From assembly GCF_001194135.2 (NCBI RefSeq), contig NC_069002.1:5679373-5711827 (forward strand): 32,455 bases of DNA, written 5' to 3'. This stretch comes from Octopus bimaculoides. Taxonomy: Eukaryota. The notes beneath the pieces are model-generated. The model ran no database searches, was not told the origin of the DNA, and was given only the letters and a program-made list of their open reading frames with translations. Positions 10,790 through 20,724 of this stretch are shown in pieces. Position numbers and translations under genes: made by a program. Position 1 is the stretch's first letter. Each line of letters opens with the position of its first letter.

Positions 10790-10812
10790 ACATACATACA
10801 CACACAAACAAG

Positions 10813-10879
<67 letters not shown>

Positions 10880-10910
10880 CTATATATATATGCACCTATA
10901 TATATATATT
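10790..10910. repeat. (CA)/(TA)n microsatellite
   Basis: Visible; (TA)n at about 10816-10877. Confidence 0.93.
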
Positions 10911-10950
10911 TGTATTAGTAACTTTTATTGCTACTGGTGGTTGCTACATA

Positions 10951-11454
10951 GTCAGTAATTGAATATATTTTACTTTTAGTATGCATATATAACACTATAT
11001 ACATTTTACTAATATATTGTACTACCGAAAATTATATCCTGCAGTATCTAAAAAGATATTGTGTTCCTTTGTATCTATGTCTGTCTACATATGAGATCAA
11101 TATAAGAATATAATATCTACTACTGAATACTAAAACGACTAACAAGCGAACGAAATCATTTTTGTATACGTATGTGTCTAATTCATATGTGGTCAGTATT
11201 TGAATATATTTTGTATTACTGACTATTGTAACTATCGATATCATACAGATATTGCATTCGTTTATACATACGTCTACAAATATAATCAATATCTGAATAT
11301 AATTTGTACTACAAAACAAGATAGATACTAATACCTGGAAGATATTGGTTCTATATACCTGCATGTGTATCTACAGCATATCATGTCAGTATTTGAATAT
11401 ATTCTGTAATAAGTATTGTCGTCAATATCTGAATGAACTGGTATTGTACTACCG
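10951..11454. repeat. Cryptic degenerate AT-rich repeat region
   Basis: Motif gtca(g/a)ta(t/a)(t/c)tgaatata(t/a)t(t/c)tgta or its first part at 10951, 11192, 11285, 11385 and 11421. Exact tattgtactaccg at 11015-11027 and 11442-11454. Confidence 0.65.
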
Positions 11455-11803
11455 TATACCTATGCCTGTCTACTGTATATATAATCGGTATTTTAAAGAA
11501 CTTCACATCACAATTATAGTCACCAAATACTTGAAAGAAACTGAGCTAATATATACTTTATATATATATATATNNNNNNNNNNNNNNNNNNNNNNNNNNN
11601 NNNNNNNNNNNNNNNNNNNNNNNNNNNNNNNNNNNNNNNNNNNNNNNNNNNNNNNNNNNNNNNNNNNNNNNNNNNNNNNNNNNNNNNNNNNNNNNNNNNN
11701 NNNNATATATACATACATATAATATATACATATTCATATATGTGTGTGTGTGTGTGTGTGTGTTCGAGGTGTCACTGCAAGCTTTCACTGCGCACGCAAT
11801 CGT

Positions 11804-11822
11804 GTGCTGCCATCTGTTGGCG
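11804..11822 (-). promoter_or_regulatory. CTCF-like motif
   Basis: Minus strand reads CGCCAACAGATGGCAGCAC, matching the CCAsyAG(A/G)(G/T)GGC(A/G)(G/C)(C/T)A consensus apart from the s position. Motif match only; no binding evidence. Confidence 0.45.
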
Positions 11823-12059
11823 CGCTACAGAACTAGTCCGGGAACTTTTTGATACCGCTACGTATTCGTTCACACAGACGTGTGTTTGTGTCTGTGTGTG
11901 TGTGTAAGTGTGAGTGTGCGTGCGTGTGTGTATGTGCGTGCGTTTGTTTATGTCGAGTTGTATTAAAAACACTTTAACATTAAACTGAAGGATCACTGAA
12001 TAATTCTTGTAGAGTACATATTTATTTATTGTTTTACAAGAGGAATGACAGTAAGTTCG

Positions 12060-12182
12060 AAGTAGACAGATAGATAAAGAGAGAGAGGGAGAGAGCGAGA
12101 GGGAGACAAGATAGACAGATAGAGAGATAGATGAAGAGAGGGAAAGAGAGAGACAGAGACAGAGGGATAGTAGAGAGACAGA
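12060..12182. repeat. (GA)/(GATA)/(GACA) purine-rich tract
   Basis: Visible. Confidence 0.9.
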
Positions 12183-12520
12183 TAACTTTCTGCTATTTTG
12201 TACCCTTACCGTATTTAGTACTATTAATGATTATAGTCACCGAAATGTGTAAAAGGAAATGTGTTGTTAAGTAAGAAATTGTGCTATTAAAATTTATTTT
12301 ATTTTATATTCTTTGTAATTTATTTATATATTTATTAACTTACTTATTTGGTAATTGGTGTTGGAACATTTAATATCAAAGTTACCTCTTAAAAAGCAAT
12401 CGTTTGGAAAGGAAAAATAATGTTTTTGTTGTAATAATTGATGGGAAAAAAAAATATGAACTCGCTAAATTCAGTCGATTTTTTTTTATGGTAATGAGAC
12501 CATATTTAAGAAATCGATTT

Positions 12521-12659
12521 GTTTCACATTTTGGCACAATGCCAGCAATTTCGGCGGAAAGGGTTAGTCGATGACATCGATCCCAGCGATCAACTGGTAC
12601 GTATTTTATCGATCTGAAAAAGATAAAAAGCAAAGTTGATCTGGGTGGTATTTGAACTT
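12521..12659 (-). mobile_element. SINE family B copy 1 (5'-truncated, diverged)
   Basis: ttttggcacaatgccagcaattt...gtcgat...caactggtac...gcaaagttgat...tttgaact; colinear with the copy at 21931-22143. Confidence 0.8.
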
Positions 12660-12681
12660 ACACACATTATCAATATTGTGC

Positions 12682-12885
12682 TCAAATTTTGATATAAGGC
12701 CAGAAATTTCTGTAGAAAGAGTAAGTCAATTACATCGACTCCCGTACGAAACTGGTACTTATTTTATCGATCTCAAAGGGATGAACGGCAAAGTCAATCT
12801 CGGCGGCATTTGAACTCAGAACGTAAAGACGGACGCTAAGCAATTTTGTCCGTCGTTCTAATGATTCTACCAGCTAGTTCGCCCT
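12682..12885 (-). mobile_element. SINE family B copy 2 (near full length)
   Basis: Includes aactggtacttattttatcga...ggcaaagtcaatctcggcggcatttgaactcagaacgta (B-box GAGTTCAAAT on minus) and the head ...atgattctaccagct. Confidence 0.85.
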
Positions 12886-12896
12886 CATAATATCAG

Positions 12897-13004
12897 TTTC
12901 CAATTTTGGCACAGGGCCAGCAATTTCAGGGGTGGGGGCGTAAGTCGAATTCTTCGACCCCAGTGATCTACTGGTACTTTTTTATTGACCCCGAAGGGAT
13001 GAAA
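12897..13004 (-). mobile_element. SINE family B copy 3 (3' half only)
   Basis: ttttggcacagggccagcaatttc...taagtcga...cgaccccagtg...ctggtact...gaccccgaagggatgaaa, then an abrupt switch to family A sequence. Confidence 0.82.
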
Positions 13005-13301
13005 AAAGCCCGTCGTGTATGTGTGAGTGTGTGTGTTTGTGTGTGTGTGTGTATGTGTGTGTGTATGTGTGTGTGTGTATGTGTGTGTCTTTGTGTCTGT
13101 GTTTGTCCCCCATCACCGCTTGACAACCGGTGTTGCTGTTGTTGTGTCCTTGTAACTTAGCGGCTCGGCAAAAGGAAGACGATATAATAACTACCAGACT
13201 CGAAAAATACGTATAGGGGTCGATTCATTCGACTAAAATATGTTCGAGGCGGTGCCCCAGCATGGCCGCAATCTAATGACTGAAACAAATCAAAGAAAGA
13301 C
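13005..13301 (+). mobile_element. SINE family A, 3' half with internal (TG)n
   Basis: aagcccgtcg-(TG)n-tttgtccccc...cttgacaaccgg...gtaacttagcgg...ggggtcgatt...ccagcatggccgcaatctaatgactgaaacaa; colinear with 824-1100. Confidence 0.85.
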
Positions 13302-14285
13302 NNNNNNNNNNNNNNNNNNNNNNNNNNNNNNNNNNNNNNNNNNNNNNNNNNNNNNNNNNNNNNNNNNNNNNNNNNNNNNNNNNNNNNNNNNNNNNNNNNN
13401 NNNNNNNNNNNNNNNNNNNNNNNNNNNNNNNNNNNNNNNNNNNNNNNNNNNNNNNNNNNNNNNNNNNNNNNNNNNNNNNNNNNNNNNNNNNNNNNNNNNN
13501 NNNNNNNNNNNNNNNNNNNNNNNNNNNNNNNNNNNNNNNNNNNNNNNNNNNNNNNNNNNNNNNNNNNNNNNNNNNNNNNNNNNNNNNNNNNNNNNNNNNN
13601 NNNNNNNNNNNNNNNNNNNNNNNNNNNNNNNNNNNNNNNNNNNNNNNNNNNNNNNNNNNNNNNNNNNNNNNNNNNNNNNNNNNNNNNNNNNNNNNNNNNN
13701 NNNNNNNNNNNNNNNNNNNNNNNNNNNNNNNNNNNNNNNNNNNNNNNNNNNNNNNNNNNNNNNNNNNNNNNNNNNNNNNNNNNNNNNNNNNNNNNNNNNN
13801 NNNNNNNNNNNNNNNNNNNNNNNNNNNNNNNNNNNNNNNNNNNNNNNNNNNNNNNNNNNNNNNNNNNNNNNNNNNNNNNNNNNNNNNNNNNNNNGAAAGC
13901 GTGGGGAGAAGTAGGAGTAGATTAGAGCACTGGGAGGAGATTACAGAAAAACAAAGCGGAAGCAAGTGAAAAAGTAAGGGAGATAATTCGTCAACTAGAA
14001 GGGCTTCGATTTCGTGTCTAACTTCGGATACGAAACGTTTTTTTTTTGTGTGTGTGTGTGTGTTTGTATTTTTATGGAACTTCTTTTATACCAGAAACGA
14101 AGAATCTAGAAATAAGCAGTAAGATAGTTTCTGATAAATAAAACCGAAAAGTACTTATTTTTATCTCGCTTTTTTTTTTTTTTTTTTTCATCTTTTATCC
14201 AATAAGATGGACTCCGGCCTTGCTGGGACTTGAACGGTTTTAGACAAGCAAATCGAATCCCAGTATATCTGTTTTGTTTGTTAGC

Positions 14286-14382
14286 TACGTTCTGAGTTCA
14301 AATTCCGTCGAGGTCGACTTTGCCTTTCATCCTTTCGGGGTCGATTAAATAAGTACCAGTTACGCAAATTTGAGGCCTTGTG
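14286..14382 (+). mobile_element. SINE family B fragment (B-box plus core, internally deleted)
   Basis: tacgttctgagttcaaattccgtcgaggtcgactttgcctttcatcctttcggggtcgattaaataagtaccagtt is 66/76 identical to the reverse complement of 12750-12825 (hand alignment). Confidence 0.88.
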
Positions 14383-15231
14383 CTTCAAGTAAAAAGAATT
14401 GTTATTATTATTGTTGGTATTGTTGTTCTTTTCTTTGTTTTTCTTGATGATGTTGTTCATAGCATTTCCATCATAAATTTTTATCAAATGATAGCGAATA
14501 ATATAATTAAATCTCGGCTCTCGAAGCAGAGAACATACACACATACACACACACACACACATATCCCGATACATCAGAAATAGAACTAAAAGAAATTTTG
14601 CGGTGCATTACATATATAAGATAGAAAAAAAGAGAGAGAAAAAATTGAGAGCAGGTAGAGGAGCGCTCGTGATATACCGTTGCATAGAGAATACGTTAGT
14701 CGGTTATAACTTTAAAATATTTAAAAGCTGATAGAAGCGCAACAAACTTGAATATGGTGGCTTATGAAGCAGCTAGTTTTTGAATGTCAAAGTTAGCAGA
14801 TAGAATCATCTTATGATATTTAAAATGTTTATCTCATTTCCTACATAACTCTAAAGCTTCTTACCTTCCTCTGATTCAATGTCTTCCTGTTTCTACGATG
14901 TTTTCACTCTACTCTCTGAATAATAAAGCTGATACCATTATTGGTTGGTTGGTCGGTTTGTTCGTTGGTCGCCTGGTTGCTAGCAAACTCGCTGGCTTGT
15001 TTTCTTGCTTGGTTAATTCTCTAGACAAGCTTCGCGTTGTGTAGACAAAGAGGGCAAGAGTAAAGAGAGAGATCCGGCGAAGGAGACAGAGTTAATATAC
15101 GGAGTGCAAGATGAGTGCACATGCTAGGGTTGGTGGCAGACAAGGCGTGTAAGTACGCAATACACACAGCAAGAGAGAAAGAATCATAGAGACAGACGAG
15201 GATGTCAAGAAGGGATTGTAAGAGGGAGGAT

Positions 15232-15233
15232 GT

Positions 15234-15274
<41 letters not shown>

Positions 15275-15666
15275 NNNNNNNNNNNNNNNNNNNNNNNNNN
15301 NNNNNNNNNNNNNNNNNNNNNNNNNNNNNNNNNNNNNNNNNNNNNNNNNNNNNNNNNNNNNNNNNNNNNNNNNNNNNNNNNNNNNNNNNNNNNNNNNNNN
15401 NNNNNNNNNNNNNNNNNNNNNNNNNNNNNNNNNNNNNNNNNNNNNNNNNNNNNNNNNNNNNNNNNNNNNNNNNNNNNNNNNNNNNNNNNNNNNNNNNNNN
15501 NNNNNNNNNNNNNNNNNNATATATGCATCATATTTAAATATATATATATATGTATTTATACAAATAAACATATACATATATATGTGTATACACACACATA
15601 TATATACACATATACAAATATATATACATACATATATATATATATATGTATATATATACATGTGCA

Positions 15667-15720
<54 letters not shown>

Positions 15721-16148
15721 AAGAGACAGAGAGAAAAAGAGAGAGAGTGAGGCATGCGCACACATACGCGTGTAATTAATTTCAACAATGGTTTCTATAT
15801 ATGTTTTTGTGTGTACATATGTTCGTAATATATATATATATGTCTGCGTTTGTGTGTCTATGTATGTATGTATGTATGTATGTATGTATGTATGTGTGCA
15901 CAAGCAAGTAAACACTCGTACGTACACAGAGACATACGTAGTACAAGCACGAAAACAAAAAGAGAAAAAAAGAAACATCGCACAGAAGCAGACTAACAAA
16001 CAGCTTATTATAACAGCGGTCCTTAAAATTCCGGAACACAACAAATACACACACACACACACACACCCACACACGTGCACGCACACATTCATATATACAC
16101 GTATACATACATACATGCAACACAAATACATGTAAGTGTGTGTGTATG

Positions 16149-16180
<32 letters not shown>
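15232..16180. repeat. Mixed (TA)/(TACA)/(GA)/(TATG)/(CA) microsatellite region
   Basis: Visible; spans the gap 15275-15518, with short unique spacers. Confidence 0.85.
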
Positions 16181-16419
16181 TTCTGCAGTTTGCCTGTTAA
16201 TAACCACAGTGAAGTAGTAATTATGCTTACAGAAATAGAGAAGCGAATGTTATGTAATATGTTACGTATGCAATGTAGGCACGAATGCTTCAGATCACGT
16301 TATTAAATCTCGGTGAGTGGCAGCCATATTATGTCTACGATAACAATTGCTTGGAGATTTTTATGTCTTAATGAGAGGAGAGCGGTCAGCCCCGCTGACC
16401 TCTTGCAGGACATCCGAAG

Positions 16420-16435
16420 CTAGTAGATGGCGGCA
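16420..16435 (+). promoter_or_regulatory. CTCF-like / YY1-like motif CTAGTAGATGGCGGCA
   Basis: Two mismatches to CCAGTAGATGGCGCCA (invertebrate CTCF-type consensus, recalled). It also contains AGATGGCGGC (YY1-type). Confidence 0.3.
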
Positions 16436-17161
16436 TTGATGGTAGTGGTGGTGGGGTGAGGTGGGGTAGCAAATGTTCGGGGAAATCATTTGAGTTATGG
16501 ATTTTTTTCCTCAGAGCAAGGATATGGAGCATGTTTCCAACTCTGAATGGCAGAATGACTGCATCTACAAATCACAGATTGAGTCTGTATATATATATAT
16601 ATATNNNNNNNNNNNNNNNNNNNNNNNNNNNNNNNNNNNNNNNNNNNNNNNNNNNNNNNNNNNNNNNNNNNNNNNNNNNNNNNNNNNNNNNNNNNNNNNN
16701 NNNNNNNNNNNNNNNNNNNNNNNNNNNNNNNNNNNNNNNNNNNNNNNNNNNNNNNNNNNNNNNNNNNNNNNNNNNNNNNNNNNNNNNNNNNNNNNNNNNN
16801 NNNNNNNNNNNNNNNNNNNNNNNNNNNNNNNNNNNNNNNNNNNNNNNNNNNNNNNNNNNNNNNNNNNNNNNNNNNNNNNNNNNNNNNNNNNNNNNNNNNN
16901 NNNNNNNNNNNNNNNNNNNNNNNNNNNNNNNNNNNNNNNNNNNNNNNNNNNNNNNNNNNNNNNNNNNNNNNNNNNNNNNNNNNNNNNNNNNNNNNNNNNN
17001 NNNNNNNNNNNNNNNNNNNNNNNNNNNNNNNNNNNNNNNNNNNNNNNNNNNNNNNNNNNNNNNNNNNNNNNNNNNNNNNNNNNNNNNNNNNNNNNNNNNN
17101 NNNNNNNNNNNNNNNNNNNNNNNNNNNNNNNNNNNNNNNNNNNNNNNNNNNNNNNNNNNNN

Positions 17162-17206
<45 letters not shown>

Positions 17207-17352
17207 TACCGAATCGGCGTGTTTGCAAAGCATGTTTCTTTACAACGTAGCCTATGTTTATACATATATATAAGCAATAAATATAAAAAAGTAAACGCAT
17301 ACATTCCTTCTGGTTAATTGGTTGATATGTCGTCTTTGACGGTTCTTCTAGC

Positions 17353-17445
17353 AGTACCTGACTTTTGAAAAATTAAATACTGGTGTCAATGCAGTGCCCC
17401 AGCATGGCCACATTCCAGTGATTGAAACAATTAAAGCATAAAAGA
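17353..17445 (+). mobile_element. SINE family A 3' tail fragment
   Basis: gtacctgactttt...tactggtgtcaat-gcagtgccccagcatggccacattccagtgattgaaacaattaaagcataaaaga matches the tail at 1041-1100. Confidence 0.75.
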
Positions 17446-17449
17446 CAAA

Positions 17450-17469
17450 AATACACACACACACGCGCG

Positions 17470-17541
<72 letters not shown>

Positions 17542-17750
17542 GAAACACACATGCATCCACCGATACATACATACAGCAACAAACACACACACACAAACGC
17601 ACACAGATAGACGTACACATCCACATACACACACATATACATATTGAAATACACATATACGTCCAGCCACCGATGCATGCATACACACAAACGCACACAC
17701 CAATTCACACACATACATATACTCAAAAACACACACCTGCACACACACAC

Positions 17751-17842
<92 letters not shown>
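17450..17842. repeat. (CA)/(TA)/(TG) tract ending in a long (CA)n
   Basis: Visible; near-perfect (CA)n at about 17740-17842. Confidence 0.95.
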
Positions 17843-17846
<4 letters not shown>

Positions 17847-18081
17847 GTGTGCACACATAAATATTCCGCATCCCATTCTGTGGCTGTCAGTCGTTATATA
17901 TATTTCGAGGTGAGACTTTTATATATCTCCATTGTCCTCGGCTTTATTTTAATTCTTGCCTAATTACAGAGAAGACGGTTGTGACGAGCAGCAAAAACAG
18001 AATTCTTCGTTGAACGCTCACTCGTCATGTACGGAACGTGCAATTAACTGCTGTGGGGCGACACTATTACAGGAAACGTGT

Positions 18082-18084
18082 AGT

Positions 18085-18174
<90 letters not shown>

Positions 18175-18231
18175 TGCTGTTGTTCTTGTAATTGGGTTTT
18201 TTGACGGCTGTTCTTGCTGTTGGTTTGATGC

Positions 18232-18265
<34 letters not shown>

Positions 18266-18266
18266 G
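18082..18266. repeat. (AGC)n-(AGT)n-(TGT)n compound trinucleotide array
   Basis: Visible. Confidence 0.95.
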
Positions 18267-18935
18267 NNNNNNNNNNNNNNNNNNNNNNNNNNNNNNNNNN
18301 NNNNNNNNNNNNNNNNNNNNNNNNNNNNNNNNNNNNNNNNNNNNNNNNNNNNNNNNNNNNNNNNNNNNNNNNNNNNNNNNNNNNNNNNNNNNNNNNNNNN
18401 NNNNNNNNNNNNNNNNNNNNNNNNNNNNNNNNNNNNNNNNNNNNNNNNNNNNNNNNNNNNNNNNNNNNNNNNNNNNNNNNNNNNNNNNNNNNNNNNNNNN
18501 NNNNNNNNNNNNNNNNNNNNNNNNNNNNNNNNNNNNNNNNNNNNNNNNNNNNNNNNNNNNNNNNNNNNNNNNNNNNNNNNNNNNNNNNNNNNNNNNNNNN
18601 NNNNNNNNNNNNNNNNNNNNNNNNNNNNNNNNNNNNNNNNNNNNNNNNNNNNNNNNNNNNNNNNNNNNNNNNNNNNNNNNNNNNNNNNNNNNNNNNNNNN
18701 NNNNNNNNNNNNNNNNNNNNNNNNNNNNNNNNNNNNNNNNNNNNNNNNNNNNNNNNNNNNNNNNNNNNNNNNNNNNNNNNNNNNNNNNNNNNNNNNNNNN
18801 NNNNNNNNNNNNNNNNNNNNNNNNNNNNNNNNNNNNNNNNNNNNNNNNNNNNNNNNNNNNNNNNNNNNNNNNNNNNNNNNNNNNNNNNNNNNNNNNNNNN
18901 NNNNNNNNNATTAATATATGATTTTTTACCCTATG

Positions 18936-18980
<45 letters not shown>

Positions 18981-19423
18981 CAAAGAATATATATGCATGT
19001 ATACACACATATATGTACATACTTACATCTACATGTATATATAGATGCATATCAGGGTACAGGACATTAGAAAAATGAACTACTGACCACGGGACGAACA
19101 CAGGAAAACAGATAGCCACTTGGAATTAATCCTTCGTCAGCTGCCTGTATTCTAACTAGACGTTTCGAAGATAAGGCAGAACTTACTCTAGAATACTCTC
19201 ATATATATATATATGTATGTATATATAACTTATTTTTAAAGAGGTGAATTGGCATTCTTATTAGAGAATGTCAGAATAAATACTACACTGCTAAGTATTC
19301 TATCGAACACTTCGCAGTGTGGCATTTATTGCGACAGAGGGAACCTATGAGATTTGCAAGAAATATCAACTAAATTTCTCAAAAATGATGCCCTACTTTG
19401 AGATCCGAATAAAAATGCCACTA

Positions 19424-19512
19424 CGGTCGTCTTTGCCTTTTATTCTTACGGGGTAAGGACTGGAACGTCTTTGACCATTGATCAGACCGTTCAGGGTGGA
19501 CCTACGACTAAA
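19424..19512 (+). mobile_element. Highly degraded SINE-like fragment
   Basis: ggtcgtctttgccttttattcttacggggt resembles the family B core ggtcgactttgcctttcatcctttcggggt at 14312-14341. Confidence 0.45.
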
Positions 19513-19767
19513 CATCAACAACAAACAACAACAAACAACTGCAACACCAGTTTTAATTACTGTTTTCATGAAGAAGTTTTAAATCCGGAATGTTTGTCGA
19601 AATATTAACCTGAAATTAATACAATCTCGAGAATGGAAAGATAATTGCAGAAACAAGAGACTGATTGAAAGCTTAGCTTTTTCTGTTCGTTTCCAATCAT
19701 TTGAAACGTGATGGAACATGCATAGCGCACGATGGCAGTCTTAATGTACTTTCGTTATAAACGCCAT

Positions 19768-19909
19768 TTTGTTGTTGCTGTTTGTTTTTTTGTTGTAGTT
19801 GCTGCTGCAGTGTTTTTGCTGCTGCTGCTGCACCTATTGATGTCTTTGCTGCTGCTGTTGTCGTTGTCGTTATTCTGGATGTTGTTGTTGTTATTGTTAT
19901 TGTTTGTTG

Positions 19910-19963
<54 letters not shown>

Positions 19964-20021
19964 TTACTACTGCTACCGCTACTACCACCACCACCACCAC
20001 CACCACCACCACCACCACCAC
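19768..20021. repeat. (TTG/CTG)-(TAC)n-(CAC)n compound trinucleotide array
   Basis: Visible. Confidence 0.95.
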
Positions 20022-20666
20022 NNNNNNNNNNNNNNNNNNNNNNNNNNNNNNNNNNNNNNNNNNNNNNNNNNNNNNNNNNNNNNNNNNNNNNNNNNNNNNN
20101 NNNNNNNNNNNNNNNNNNNNNNNNNNNNNNNNNNNNNNNNNNNNNNNNNNNNNNNNNNNNNNNNNNNNNNNNNNNNNNNNNNNNNNNNNNNNNNNNNNNN
20201 NNNNNNNNNNNNNNNNNNNNNNNNNNNNNNNNNNNNNNNNNNNNNNNNNNNNNNNNNNNNNNNNNNNNNNNNNNNNNNNNNNNNNNNNNNNNNNNNNNNN
20301 NNNNNNNNNNNNNNNNNNNNNNNNNNNNNNNNNNNNNNNNNNNNNNNNNNNNNNNNNNNNNNNNNNNNNNNNNNNNNNNNNNNNNNNNNNNNNNNNNNNN
20401 NNNNNNNNNNNNNNNNNNNNNNNNNNNNNNNNNNNNNNNNNNNNNNNNNNNNNNNNNNNNNNNNNNNNNNNNNNNNNNNNNNNNNNNNNNNNNNNNNNNN
20501 NNNNNNNNNNNNNNNNNNNNNNNNNNNNNNNNNNNNNNNNNNNNNNNNNNNNNNNNNNNNNNNNNNNNNNNNNNNNNNNNNNNNNNNNNNNNNNNNNNNN
20601 NNNNNNNNNNNNNNNNNNNNNNNNNNNNNNNNNNNNNNNNNNNNNNNNNNNNNNNNNNNNNNNNNN

Positions 20667-20721
<55 letters not shown>
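20667..20721. repeat. (CT)n microsatellite
   Basis: Visible. Confidence 0.97.

Positions 20722-20724
<3 letters not shown>

Noticed and set aside
16441-16466. G-quadruplex
   Set aside because: Only two runs have three or more G; at best a weak two-tier structure.
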